From positions 17,546,001-17,610,000 of the forward strand of contig NC_087249.1 in NCBI RefSeq assembly GCF_037042905.1: a stretch of DNA of 64,000 nt, in the 5' to 3' direction. A program made the translations under genes and the position numbers. This document shows positions 49,371 to 62,791 of this stretch, one piece after another. The first letter of the stretch is position 1, and the number at the start of each line of letters is the position of its first letter. Below the pieces are notes generated by a model that saw nothing but the letters and a program-made list of their open reading frames with translations, searched no databases and was not told the origin of the DNA. Origin of the DNA: Lytechinus pictus. Its lineage: Eukaryota.

Positions 49371-52292
49371 TAGTCTGGTCTGTTAGCGGAATTATGTGGA
49401 CACGGTGGACAAAAGCATGATTTTTTCTCCAGACCTTTGTTTATGTATGAGAATTAAAAATGGGGTATGCTCCAAAAAATCTGGCTGCAGGAACAGTGAA
49501 AAAATGGGTGAAAATGTCAGAATTTATGAGTTTAGATTGGTCTGATATATAGACTAGCGCTAGTGCAAAACTCAATTGCAGTGCATTATTTTGCATTGGT
49601 TTAGTTCTTGAATTCAGACCCTTTTTGAACAGATATTCTGTTTGTCCTCATCTCAATGCACTAAATATCTGAATGCAGATGCTAAACAAGCCGAAGGGTG
49701 GCGGTGGAGGGGGTTGAATGTTGGTGTGTATGTACATATTTTGGTCTTGGGGTAAAGATGTGCAAGACACATTTTTTTGCATGTGTTGGAAATTGTGTTG
49801 CCATGGTAACAGTGTATTATGGCAAAAATAAGGTACAAATCTTGCAGTTAGAACTATACTCCCTCTGTTGTCACCCGATTCTCATGAAATTTGGCACACA
49901 CATTGGTCTTGAGGTGAAGATGTCTAAGACACATTTTGTGTGTCTTTCAAAAATCTTGTTACCATGGTAACAACATATTATTTGGTGAAAATTGGGGAAA
50001 AAATTACAATTCAAACTGCTTCATCAGTTTTAAATCAATTCTCATGAAATTTGACACACACATTGGTATTAGAGTAAAGATGTACAAGGCACTTTCTGTA
50101 TGTGTTTCATAAATTGTGTTGCCATGGTAACAACATATTATATGGCAAAATTTAGGTAAAAACCTTGCAATTTGAACAACTTCATCAGTTTTGAACCATT
50201 TCTCATGAAATTTGGCTCATACATTTGCTTTGAGGTAAAGATGTGCAAGAACCATTTTATGTGTGCATTTGTCAGAGTATATTGCCATGGTAACCACATA
50301 TGATAGCCAGAAATGCAGGAAAACTCATTGTGGATCAAACAACTTCCCCTTTTTTTAGTCAGTGCTCATAAAAGTTGGAAGAAATATTCATCTTTGGGTA
50401 AAGATTCATATTAAATTCTAAACTGCATTAAAACATATGAGTGTGGGGGTATTAATCACCTTCAGTAATATTTATAGGTTTTGGGGGAGGAGCGGGATTG
50501 GTCCTTAAAATCTGACCTCAAAATAAAGGTTAAAGGCGGTGTCCATTAACACTCTTGAAATAAGCATCCCCTCAAGGGCATAGGCTGGGGGGTACACTGA
50601 GTGAATGTGAAACCTTCCGCTCTGGCAAAGGAGTTCCAACACTGGCAAGCAAAACAAAATGTGTACCCCTTCTACTTTCAACGGCTGATTTTCCAAACCT
50701 TAGTTCCACCTTCCCAAGATGTGCACCCCTCCCCATACCACTTCTATCTCCCTATGCTCAATCAGTCTACGCCTTTGCCCCTCAGGGGTCTTTGTATTTT
50801 AAAGCGAGACATTACTCCCTTTTTTTTTTTGGGGGGGGGGTCTTTAGAAAATTACCTCATAAAAGTAAAAGTTAAAGGATTATGACTAAGAACTTAACCC
50901 CCCCCCCCCCGCAAACAAATGGGGCTGATATATTTTTTGAGCAGAAAAATGCCCCCCCCCCCCCCATTAAAAGGTAAGAAGATTCATTTGCACTTCAGAG
51001 TTCAGACCATTCATTTGATGTTTAATGCATTCTGCTTTGGTAAAAAATTGTTTACAGTAGCCAATTAATCATTGTTTATTTATATTCTCATACTCAGTCT
51101 TTTATTCATATTCCATTCCTACTCTTTCTCTTTAACTATATCACATCACTCTTGATTTTGAGCTTCACCATACCATCTTATGTTTCCTCTCTCCTTTTTT
51201 TACCCTCTCTTCTCTCCAAGTATATTTTTTCTGACATATTATAAAGTGAACCTTTAATCATGCAACTAATTATAGAAATATATATATGTATATACAAAAA
51301 TCTCTGCACTTGTTTTAGAAATTCACTTGCAAATCCATGACTCAATAGCATACCATATCAAAAATATGCATATGTGCACAATAATTTTTTGCCTTCAATT
51401 TTATTTCATTTAATTTTTTCAGTATAATTGTCAAAAAATGAATATTATGTTTCAGTAGCAAAATTGTTGGATGCAAGATCTGACTGTCACAAAAAATGCA
51501 AATAATTTTGCATTGGAGTAAGGACGAACGTATTCACTGTTCATTGAGCAAATGATGACTTTTATTTCTCGACATATATTCTAGTCATATCCCTTTCAGA
51601 TGGTGGTAACTGCAGGAATGGGAAAACTCAGTGATATAACTAAAATTTTCACAGAGGATTTTCGGAAAACAACTAAATCCATTTTTTTTCAAGCAACAGT
51701 TATTCCATTCTGAATGCTGCAACTATGAATTTGATGCACCTTTACCGAAATATAATATCATGACAGCCATTTCTTCAATTCTTTAAACTAGACATTAAAT
51801 ATAGCTAATAGTATTATTTAGGACAGAGTGTAGCCAAAATAGAGTTTAGAAGATTATGAAGAAATTAATAAATGTCATGGTATTATATTTCAGTGTAGGT
51901 GTAAGCATTCAAAATGGAATAATTGTTGCTAGATAATAATGAATTAAAATAGCAAAAAAAAATGTACTTAGAGAGGGAGAAAAAGAGGGGGGGGGAACAA
52001 AACAAGAAGGTATGGTAAAGCTCTAAAGTGCAAAAAGTGATGTAAGAAAGTCAGAGTAAACACTGAAATGAACAAAGACTGAGTAGAAGGAGATAAATAA
52101 AACTTTGATTAATTGGGCACCGGAAATGATCTTTTATCAAACCAGAATGTTTTAGGCTTTAAATTAATACGCTGAAGTGTAAAGGATTTTTCTTCCCCCC
52201 TTTTTTTTTTTTTGGGGGGGGGGTCAGTTCCTAGTTGTAATTATTTCCTTTTACTCTTTATGTGGCAATTTTCTAAAGGCCCCCCCCCCCCC

Positions 52293-52324
<32 letters not shown>

Positions 52325-54121
52325 AAGGGGTGCTTTCTTTAAGAGTGTTTAAGTTCCTAATGGCCATGTCCTTTAACCTTCTATATGTTTATGTTGTCAG
52401 TTTTTAAGGACCTCCTCCGCCCCCCCCCAAAAAAAAGAACCTATAAATATTATTGAAGGTGATTAATACCATGAATACCCTGCGCTATTTTATGATGTTA
52501 AAGGGGAATCCAAACCAAATAAACACTTGTTTTTATGAGGAAAAGAAAAAATCAGACAATAGGTCAAAGTTTGAACAATATCGGACAAACCATAATAAAG
52601 TTGTGAATATATAAAAGTTGTAAACATTGGTAATCACTATATACCCATGAAGACTTCAAATTGGCCGCACATGTGATGTCATAATGATGTAAGGGAAGGA
52701 CCACTCTTCCATGTACAGAAATAATTAATTGACTAAAATGTCTTTTTCAAAAGTTTTACTTCAAATTGTATCTTTCTTTCATGAGGACATAAAGCATTAT
52801 ACTAACAGGTTTATATTACGGCCCCAATGAAATTTAGGAGAAAACCAAAAATCAAAGTACAAGGCCAATGGGAAAGTTGTCCTTGCGGCCTCACCCCTTG
52901 TCATAATTTACTTACCCATTATCAATTTGAAATCTACATACTAGTAGCCTTAGGGATCTTAATTTTAAAGCAGCCATAACTTTATTTTGCTTGTCCGATT
53001 GCTTTCAAACTTTCACCATTCTTATTTTTCTCCTTTTCCACACAACATTTTATGACCAAGGCTGGATTCCCCTTTAACACTGAATGTGAATCTTTACCCA
53101 AAATGAATATTTGTGTAAACTTTTCTGAGTAGATTGATCCACAATTGATGAGTTTTCCCTGCATTTCTGGCTATATGTGGTTATGAAGGCAATGCACTCT
53201 CTGACAAATGAAAAAAAAAAGGTTCTTGCACACCTTTATCTCAAGGCCAATGTGTGAGCCATATCATGCATGAGAATTGGTTTGAAACTGATGAAGTAGT
53301 TCAAATTGCAAGGTTTTTACCTAAATTTTGCCATATAATATGTTGTTACCATGGCAACACAATTTCTGAAACAATCACAAAAAGTGCATGCCTTGTACAT
53401 CTTTACTTTAATACCAATGTGTGTGCCAAATTTCATGAGAATTGATTTAAAACTGATGAAGCAGTTTGAATTGTAAGGTTTTTTCCCCAATTTTCACCAA
53501 ATGTTATGTTGTTACCATGGCAACAAAATTTCCGAAAGACACACAAAATGTGTCTTAGACATCTTCACCTCAAGACCAATGTGTGTGCCAAATTTCATGA
53601 GAATCGGATGAAAACAGAGGAAGTAGTTCTAACTGCAAGATTTGTAACCTTATTTTGCCATAATACACTGTTACCATGGCAACACAATTTCCAACACATG
53701 CAAAAAAATGTGTCTTGCACATCTTTACACCAAGACCAAAATATGTACATACACACCAACATTCAACCCCCTCCACCGCCACCCTTCGGCTTGTTTAGCA
53801 TCTGCATTCAGATATTTAGTGCATTGAGATGTGAGGACAAACAGAATATCTGTTCAAAAAGGGTCTGAATTCAAGAACTAAACCAATGCAAAATAATGCA
53901 CTGCTATTGAGTTTTACACTAGCGCTAGTCTATATATCAGACCAATCTAAACTCATAAATTCTGACATTTTCACCCATTTTTTCTATGTTCCTGCAGCCA
54001 GATTTTTTGGAGCATACCCCATTTTTAATTCTTATACATAAACAAAGGTCTGGAGAGAAAATCATGCTTTTGTCCACTGTGTCCACAAGTAGGGTGTTTT
54101 TGACGCTAACAGACCGGACTA
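49371..54121. mobile_element. 4.75-kb foldback non-autonomous DNA transposon with ~1.85-kb inverted arms (Academ-like termini)
   Basis: Ends TAGTC(T/C)GGTCTGTTAGCG ... CGCTAACAGACCGGACTA with a 3-bp TSD ATA. Arms span 49371-~51235 and ~51950-54121; the right arm also contains the family C MITE. Confidence 0.85.
52502..53073. mobile_element. Kolobok-like MITE family C, inserted in the right arm of the foldback
   Basis: TTAA|AGGGGAATCCA ... TGGATTCCCCT|TTAA; no counterpart in the left arm. Confidence 0.85.
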
Positions 54122-54446
54122 ATATCTGTGATTGTCTTTATGTGAACCTGATTAGAACAATGGCCCAAATTTTACAAAGTGGTTTTCACCTTTGGTTTGG
54201 AACCATGACTTTTGTACATTTCATGGATTGATATAAAGAAAAAATCAAATGACAATTGCATGCTTTTGTTACACAGTAATAATTCATACTTTAAATGTTG
54301 CATCATTGATTGATAAGGTCACTGTTTATGTTAATCAAAGCATGATTTCTGACCAGAGATTCTAACCAAAATTTGTGAATTTTTAGCCAATGTGTTTATA
54401 TCAACCACATGAAATACTTCCAATATGTAGCCAATTTCTTTTTTAC

Positions 54447-54553
54447 CTTGATTGATTTAAACTTGGTCACATCATTATTGGCATACTGCTTCAAGACATG
54501 CCTACAGGCAAAGCCGAATGAGCAGAGTCCATGAAGAATCGGCTGCTTGAATC
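54447..54553 (-). CDS. HSD17B4: HSD17B4 exon: [36 protein letters not shown]
   Basis: 107 nt; GF..PILHGLC.FGF motif. Confidence 0.95.
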
Positions 54554-55360
54554 CTGAAATTGATTATAAGAACACATTATAATTCATATTCTCAGAGATG
54601 AAAAAAGCAAATCATTTTAAATATCCATATCTTACAAACGTATTTTCAGTGATACTTCGTGAATAAAATTGAATTTGGTCACCTTTCATGGTTATTATTA
54701 TTCTCATTACAGATCTTCCATACTCTTATTCTAATTTTTGCTGAATGCATCTACAAGAACTCAGACAGATAAGGTTTCTACCTATTTTATTTATTTCTTT
54801 TTTATGGGGGGGATTCAACAGCTAAGAAGTGGTTTTCTATCACACAGAACAAAAATAAGGAACAAATTGGAAACCTATCCTTTTTCATTCAGGCATTATA
54901 ATTGTAAATTTTACCATTTTCAAAAGATTGTGGGTTGATTCTTTCATACATTATGTTTTCATTTTATATAAAAATGAATTCAAAGTATGAATAAATAATA
55001 TTTGTAATAGATTAAACCTAGCCTGAATATGAGTTTATATAGTCATTTCTTTCATATGCAGGGTAACCGATTCAAAAGGCCAGGCTTAAGTGTTTTACAA
55101 ATTTTACTACCATTAGAAAAACGGTTGTAAAAAAACCCTTTCCAAAAATTACTGAAATCTAAAATTTCACATCTTTACACCCATGAAATGCCTATCTATT
55201 TCCCATATTTTAATTCATTCTGATTCAGTTGGAAAATAACAAGAAAATTAATATTCCTCTCTTTATTGACTGTGAAATGTTTTTTATTATACTTTATATC
55301 ACACTTGCTTTTCCTACATGAATGTCTTCATGAAAAACTACATTATTGTGCATATTGTCA

Positions 55361-55543
<183 letters not shown>

Positions 55544-55906
55544 TCAAATGGTACATTATTAATGGTAAATCAAGATTTTCATTTCATTTAATAGAATTCT
55601 TGTATTTAACATTTTGTTGATACATGTAAGCTGTGAAAACTTCTTATCACAAAATCTAAAATATTTGGGTGCAGCTCACAAAAGTGGGCAAAATGGCAAT
55701 ATGAACAAATGGTATTAGTAGATGAACTATATATAGACAATGTAGGATAAGACCGTGCAGGATGAGACAAGCTGGTGTCCACCAAATGGCAATTTAACAC
55801 AAGAATGACTATATTAAAGCATCATAGGGATAGGACTATAACAGTTTTGTATAATCTTTACATTCACACATCAAGAGTGTAATATGCAGCATGAGATAGG
55901 ATATAC

Positions 55907-56013
55907 CTTGAGGTGAGGAGAGGATCGTTTTCCTCCAAAACCTCCGGCTCCAACTAGAAAAACCACGTTCTGATTGACGACGACCAGCTCACCGTTATCA
56001 TCGTAGGAGTTCA
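55907..56013 (-). CDS. HSD17B4: HSD17B4 exon: VNSYDDNGELVVVNQNVVFLVGAGGFGGKRSSPHLK
   Basis: 107 nt; NQ...FLVG.GGFGGKR motif. Confidence 0.93.
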
Positions 56014-56454
56014 CTGAAAAGAAAAGAGTAACAGACGGTGTACCCGAGTTTTACTGCACTTATTGCACAGATGGAATACACTTATTTACTTATTTGTCTT
56101 TTTTTTATCACTTTTTACGTCATCAAACATTTATGCAGCCTTGCAAAATAACTTTTTTAATTTACAACAGCTGCATTTCAGATTCCTCAAACCACAAAAA
56201 TCACAATAACATTTCAAAAATGCTGTATGTTAAAGACCTACATGTAATAATTTCGATAATGAACATGAACATGGGTTAAAGAATTTACTGTTATAACACG
56301 AATCGTTCTAACCCTACTAGTCTGGGATATTTTAGTCTTTTAAGTCTGCGGTCGGGGGTAAAAAATCCTGACTGTGGATGACCTTTCAAAGAGATGTTCT
56401 TAGTATGGTGTACCTGTACATCATCATTAGCATGGTAGTCCATTGAATACATAC

Positions 56455-56578
56455 CATTTGTGATGATGAGGGCGCCAGACTTCTTGTCCACGATGTCCAC
56501 CACCATCGGTTTGTTGGTGAGTTTCATGGACGCACTCAATGGTTTCTTGAGTTCTAAATATTGCTCACCATGGAGGAT
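56455..56578 (-). CDS. HSD17B4: HSD17B4 exon: ILHGEQYLELKKPLSASMKLTNKPMVVDIVDKKSGALIITN
   Basis: 124 nt; LHGEQYLEL.KPL and D..DK.SG motifs. Confidence 0.93.
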
Positions 56579-57112
56579 CTACACCAGGGTATAGAGTGAT
56601 GGGAAAGGGGAGATAAAAAGGGAACTTTCAACACAGTACAGACGGTTCAAGAACAGAGAGAATGCATTGTCAGAAGCCCGTCTTGACAAAAAACAACCAA
56701 GGAGTGTTTGTGGAAAAAATTGGTGAATCAACACAGCAGTATAGTCCTTGGACAAAACAACATATTTGCAAGTTTTCGTCAGCTCTGAAACTTGGGACGA
56801 AACTGCAGTTAACATTGACCAATTTTCAACAAAGACATCCCAGCTGTTCTTTATCATTTGACAGGCATTTTCAATACATTTACTGTGTTCTTGAATCATC
56901 CGTATGTTGAAGAGCGAAAACTCCCTATTGAAGCATCAAACACATCCCCCTAAGATGATTATCCATTGTTCCATTAACCCTGTTGAAAACGGAATTCTCT
57001 AATTCAAAAATACTTTCTTGTTAGGGACCTATCAGTTTCTGTAGGCAACAGCTTTATAGAGCCTGTCTAAGGCTTTCTTGGTAAATGGCCAGTAATGTGA
57101 ATGATACTCCAG

Positions 57113-57539
57113 CAGGGTGCTACATAAGCACTTGCCTGACTGCCCAGGGCAAGTAAAGTTAGAGTCGGGCAAGTGTTTTGAAGTAAAGACCAAAACAACT
57201 TGCCCGAATTGGGCAAGCAAAATTCTCACAGTAGAATGACCAAAATTAGGGTCTATATGATATGATATTGACCCTAATTTTGGTCATGGCAGGTAAGATA
57301 AAATCACTTTGGAAAAAGAAATGCAATAACAAGGTAGATCAGTTCATGTCAAAAGAGAGAAAAAGGTCAATTCTTTATAAAACCGCAAAACTTTCTTTTG
57401 AAGAGGTAAAACTTTTTTTTTCAAGGATTTTTTCAGGCAAGTGAAATAGAATTTTGGGCAAGTACATGTATATTCCAACTATTTCAAAATTTACTTGCCC
57501 GACCGGGCAATTGCCTCTAAAAAGTTATGTAGCACCCTG
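57113..57539. mobile_element. hAT-like MITE with a 6-bp TSD
   Basis: TIR CAGGGTGCTACATAA; CTCCAG duplicated at 57107-57112 and 57540-57545; internal TTGCCC/GGGCAAG repeats. Confidence 0.8.
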
Positions 57540-57828
57540 CTCCAGTATCATTAAAGTATCATCTAAACTTTAAATCTTACATACATGTGTATGTAATAAC
57601 TGGTGAATCCTTTTTTTATCAGTCGCTGATTCTTTGTGAAAATCTAGTTTATAGAATACTTAAGATACCTAGCACCCCCTCAGAATAATTTCTTTCATCT
57701 TTCTTTATAATGGACTTTTGAGCATGTTTCTTATAAATTTAGTGAATACATATTACAAAGATACAGAAAAATTATATTCTGGAATTTTCAGCATGCTTGA
57801 GAAACTTAACAATAAGACAACCATTTAC

Positions 57829-57983
57829 CCTTGTCACATCGATGGTCTGTAATCCTGGGACGGAGGTTAGGTTTGATAGTCCAGCAAATGCTGGGATTAC
57901 TCCAAATGTAGGCAGTACACAGAAATCTTCGTTCAACTCAAACAGGAACTTAAGGTAGTCTGGCTGGGTGGTTGATACACCAA
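57829..57983 (-). CDS. HSD17B4: HSD17B4 exon: VGVSTTQPDYLKFLFELNEDFCVLPTFGVIPAFAGLSNLTSVPGLQTIDVTR
   Basis: 155 nt; LKF..E...DF..LPTFGVI motif. Confidence 0.93.
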
Positions 57984-58190
57984 CTACAATGTAGGAAAAA
58001 TAAAGAATGTTGAGTTTATTGTTGATCATTGTGGTAGTATATCAAAATAGCTGATGACATAGCTTATGAACTAATATTAATGTTGAGTTTACAATGCATT
58101 GATGGTTAAGACATAGATGGAAACAACTTCAAGATTTTAATTAATCTGCTTTTATTACTCCTTAAACTGGCAACAACCATATGTTTTTAA

Positions 58191-58789
58191 AGGTCAAGTC
58201 CATCCCAGAAAAATAAAGATTCGAATAAGAGAAAAATCAAACTAGCATAACGCTGAAAATTTCATCAACATTGGATATTAAATAAGAAAGTTATGACCTT
58301 TTAAAGTTTTGTATATTTTTCACAAAACAGTGATACGCACAACTCAGTGACATGCAAATTAGACAGTCGATGATGTCCCTCACTCACTATTTCTTTTGTT
58401 TTTTATTGTTTGAATTATACAATATTTCATTTGTTACAGATTTGACAATAAGGACCAACTTGACTGAACCATATAATATTAAACAATGCTAATTCCACAC
58501 GTTCAGAGAAAATTAGTCTTTGTTTCACTTGACAATGGGGAGAAAATTAGAATATTTCATATTTCACATAATAAAATACAAAAGAAATAGTGAGTGGATG
58601 ATGTCATCAGTCTCCTCATTTGCATACCGACCAGGATGTGCATATAACTATTTTGTGAAATTAAGCGAAACTTTAAAATCTCATAACTTGTTTATTTTAC
58701 ATCCGATTTTGATGAAATTTTCAGTGTTATGTTTGTCGGATTTTTCTCTTTTTATTCAAATCAACTTTTTATTGGGGTGGACATGTCCT
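58191..58789 (+). mobile_element. Kolobok-like MITE family B (in an HSD17B4 intron)
   Basis: TTAA|AGGTCAAGTC ... GACATGTCCT|TTAA. Confidence 0.87.
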
Positions 58790-59270
58790 TTAATGAGTGA
58801 TAAAGAAAAAATCATGATTCAAATTAATCTGATCTCACTCCTCAAATTGGCAATAATTATATTTTAAATGAGTGATAAAAAATGTAACACATAGAGGTAA
58901 AATACTTCATGATTAAACACACAGAGGTAAAATAATTCATGATTGAAATGAATCTGATCTCACTCATCAAATTGGCAACAATTACTACAAGTATTTTCAA
59001 ATGAGTGATATATAACACACAGATGTAAAAAAAACTTCGTGATTCAAAGTAATTTGATTTCACTCCTTAAATTGGTAACAATTGTATTTTCCAATGAGTA
59101 ATATGGAACTTCGAGATTTAAATCAATCTTCTTTTATTCCTTAAATTGGCAAGAACTACTGTATATTATTTTAATGAGTGACATGTAATTTAACCTTTAG
59201 AGAAATACAACTTTACAATTCAAATTAATCTGCTCTCACTCTGCAAATTGGCAATGATTGCAATGTTTTT
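58790..59270. repeat. Degenerate ~70-100-bp tandem repeat (AATGAGTGA...AATCTGATCTCACTCCT.AAATTGGCAA)
   Basis: At least 5 units, with another unit at 58125-58190, so the family B MITE inserted into the array. Confidence 0.7.
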
Positions 59271-59887
59271 ACCCTCTTTCATAGTTTGAAAAAATAGAAC
59301 AAATTAATGTAAAAAATACAAGTAGTTTCAGCTGAGAAGCATTCACATTTACATGTATATCATAACATGCATGTTATATGATGTAAGTCTGAATGAACAA
59401 ACATGTCAAAATTTCATTTCAAAGTACCCATTTGCATCTTCAAACGTATTTCATTGTTGTCATTGCTTTGATAATAACAGAACAGAGATTTGATTTGTTG
59501 GTCTTACATACAAGCAGCACATTCACATAACATGTACTATATTCCACTAATTTACATTGGTCTGATAATGACATTGATCTTACATGCTTGATCAATGTAA
59601 TATCAGGCACCACATTTTATACTCAAGTTTTAATACAATATGTATTCAGTTATCAAGCACCATTGAGGATGAAAATTTATGGAATATGAATAACATGACA
59701 AATTAGGGAGCTGCTGGCATGTGACATTAAGAACTTTAATCTTTGAAAAATCATAATTCTACTATTCTTTGATAGATTTTGGTCAAAGTTGCATTAATAC
59801 TGTTTGTTATTAAAAGCTTTCTGCTTTTATAATAACCAACTTCACTTCAGGGTGGACTCCCCCTTTAAAACCACAATATGAACTTAC

Positions 59888-59966
59888 CTCCAAGGGCATA
59901 GAGAATGACATCTCTGGATGTGTATTCAAAATCCAGAGACTGCATCTCGAACCCAATCGCTTTTGA
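59888..59966 (-). CDS. HSD17B4: HSD17B4 exon, start of hydratase-2: SKAIGFEMQSLDFEYTSRDVILYALG
   Basis: 79 nt; YT..D.ILYALG motif of hydratase-2; GTAAGT donor. Confidence 0.92.
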
Positions 59967-60157
59967 CTGTGGAGGAATTCATACAGTGATAGTTTTTAAA
60001 ATATAGATTACTTTTCAAGATTTAGGTCACCACATCGGTTAAAATGAGTTAATTCTCTATTAGTAGTTGATTGAAACATTGATCACTGGAATTCATACTT
60101 ACAAATTCATATAAATGTACAGACCATTCAACCATCCATCCATTCACTTATCATCGA

Positions 60158-60633
60158 GTGGGTGTTTCATAAAGCTGTTACAACTGATAAGTTACAACTG
60201 ATTTTACAAGTGGCTGGTGACCCTTTCTCGTGCCACACAGTATATCCTTATGTAGCTGCCTTAGGTCCTAAGAACAGGGTTCCCACAGAAATTTGAAAAC
60301 AGGATTCCATGACTTTTCTATGACTAAATTGCTGCTTTTCATGACTTCCCGTGACATCCCGGGAGTTATGAAGAAATTGGGATGTTACAAAACTGGAAAA
60401 AATGGAAATCATGAACACCAATTGTAATAGATTATGAGAGTTGTGAGACAAGACAAACTGGAAAGCTGCCATGACTTTTCACAAATTTTCCAAATTCCCT
60501 GACTTTTCCCTGACTTTCCATGACCACAAATTTTTCCAGGATTTTCCACGACTGTGCGAACCCTGTCAGAATATATGCTAGTCGCTCGTTAAGTTCGGAC
60601 AGAATTTTACAAACAGCTTTATGAAACACCCAC
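60158..60633. mobile_element. MITE with a 22-bp TIR GTGGGTGTTTCATAAAGCTGTT
   Basis: Perfect inverted termini. Confidence 0.75.
60275..60565. mobile_element. hAT-like MITE nested in another MITE
   Basis: TIR CAGGGTTC(C/G)CACAG; flanks TAAGAA / TCAGAA; internal TTCCATGAC repeats. Confidence 0.75.
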
Positions 60634-60644
60634 CGGATATGTTT

Positions 60645-60805
60645 TCATCGACCCCGGAGAGGTAAATGGGTGCCTGGCCTGGCAGGAATTTATTCCTTGA
60701 AACTTTTGAGTGCGTAAAAGTAGCTCAACTAAAGCCAGGGTAATTATACTGCGTTTATTTCATATCACTTAGAGACTTCTGATGAATAGGTATTAGGTGC
60801 TTCAT
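60645..60805 (+). mobile_element. 3' fragment of the same SINE superfamily
   Basis: CGACCCCGGAGAGGTAAATGGGTGCCTGG...AGCCAGGGTAAT. Confidence 0.6.
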
Positions 60806-60829
60806 GTATATAGGCAAATATAATTTTTA

Positions 60830-61070
60830 CTAATCCATCCATCCATCTATCCATCCATCAATTCAGTTATCTATCTATCTACCAATCTATCTGACCATCT
60901 ATTACCCTGTTCTATCCATTCATTAACTCATCTCTCATTCCACTCATTCATCAATCCATCAATGTATCCATCTGACCATCAACCTATCCATTCAACCATT
61001 CATTTTTTCTATCTCTCAAACAATTCATCTATCTATCAATCCATGTAGTTCATGTCATCCCACCATCCTT
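60830..61070. repeat. Degenerate (CCAT/CTAT)n microsatellite
   Basis: Seen directly. Confidence 0.8.
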
Positions 61071-61521
61071 ACATTTGACAGTATGAAGAAGAAAAAGAGT
61101 TACTCTTTCATATGAGCTACATGCAATTTTCAAAATTTTTAATTTTTGGAGAACAAATTATTCTGACGTACCTTGGCAAAAGAAAGCAAGTTACAAAAGT
61201 ATCATTTGTTGTAAATGAGCAATGTATGTTCGTCATTTACATAGGCATCAATGCAATTTAACAGCATATTTTCTTCAATATCTTTCCACAGAACAATTAT
61301 TTCCTCCCCAAATTTTGCTTGAACGTGCAACATACAAAGGGTGTTTTAGGATCAACAATAACTCAAATTTGACTGATGTGTCACTTGCTCCCTTTTGCCA
61401 AAGTTGGACAGTATTGTTTTAGCTATTAACACAGGTCCTTCACTTGCGACTTATTGGTTTTAAGGTGGTTGGTCACATTTGGGAAACCTGTTCACCATAC
61501 AAACAAGGTACCGGTACCTAC

Positions 61522-61637
61522 CGGATTGAACCCACCATCATCATCACCATCTCCACCTGTATCACTACTGGAGCTAGCTGGGGATTCCTCATCAGAAGAT
61601 CCTGCATTGAAACTCTCCAACATTAACATCGTGGAGT
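61522..61637 (-). CDS. HSD17B4: HSD17B4 exon, interdomain linker: DSTMLMLESFNAGSSDEESPASSSSDTGGDGDDDGGFNP
   Basis: 116-nt open exon with canonical splice sites. Phase 1-0 bridges the flanking exons; low-complexity linker at the expected position. Confidence 0.8.
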
Positions 61638-62115
61638 CTGAAAAATAACCAAACAAAATGGACTCATATCAAAGCTCATATTCTGAACATTTAATTTATT
61701 TAAATCAAACTCAGGGGGAATGTTTCATGAAAGGACTTGTCTGATATTTTACCCAAAAAGTTCTGTTTTATCTCATAGTTGCCATAGGAACCATGCTTCT
61801 AAGCCAATCAAAATCAAGGAAAGTTTTCAGATCTGACATCTTGTCAGACAAAAATGTTTTGCTTGCATTTATTTCTGCGTTCAAAAACACAATACAAAAA
61901 TATTTACAATTACAATATACAAAATAATTCACAATATAAACAATGTAGTCATATTACATGATAAATACAAATAAGGGTGTGAGTATAAAATGTTGATGAG
62001 ATCTCTCTGGTCTAAATTTATGGTTTAACTCTCAATAGCTAAGCAAGACACAAACAGTACATAATCCATAACAATACAGGGTTCCATTTATCAACTCATT
62101 TGACATTCAAATCAT

Positions 62116-62409
62116 GGGTGCGTTGTGGTCTAGTGGTTCTGACTCTCGCCTTTCAACAGAGGGTCATGGGTTCGAATCCTAGCTATGGCGTGTTTTCCTT
62201 CAGCAAGAAATTTATCCACACTGTGCTGCACTCAACCCAGGTGATGTAAATGGGTACCAGCAGGAAATAATTCCTCAAAAAGCTGTGTGCACCTGAATCG
62301 GTAGCCTAGCTTAGCTGGGTAATGATAATAGCAGGGCCCGCTGGGAGAACAGTTTTCGGAACTAAAGTGGCTACCCTGGGTAAATATACCGTTATTATTA
62401 TTATTATTA
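62116..62409 (+). mobile_element. tRNA-derived SINE with CORE-like central domain and (TTA)n tail
   Basis: A box TGGTCTAGTGG, B box GGTTCGAATCC, central CAGCAAG...CCCAGGTGA.GTAAATGGGTACC, LINE-like 3' end. Confidence 0.85.
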
Positions 62410-62791
62410 GTCATTACTGTCAATCAAGAATAACTGTTAATAATTTTCTTTTCCATCAAAAGCAGAAAGAAAGAACAAAATAAACGTACCAATCATACCA
62501 TTTGAAGCAACTTTTAAAATTTTTGGCTTCCTGTAATTTTAGCACAGATTTTAATGGATGTTATACTGGACATCAGGATACTGGTCTCAAGTGATATTCC
62601 TTTCGAGCAACATGCATTTGTAATTCAAAGGCTTGGTCCCTCTGCACTTACGGATGTAGAGAGGATGTAAAACGGAAAAGAATCTTGCCATCCATTCCAG
62701 GGCTCTTTTGTGCATTTTGGGGGCAAAATCGCCCAAGCCCCCGTTTTTTTTTTTGTTGTTGCTCGTCATATTAAAAGGGCCTTGTTCTTAC

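Noticed and set aside
49653-53868. Duplicated ORFs MAVEGVECWCVC... on opposite strands
   Set aside because: Products of the inverted arms of the foldback element.
62116-62190. tRNA gene
   Set aside because: A and B boxes are present, but the sequence continues into a SINE core and tail; no convincing cloverleaf.
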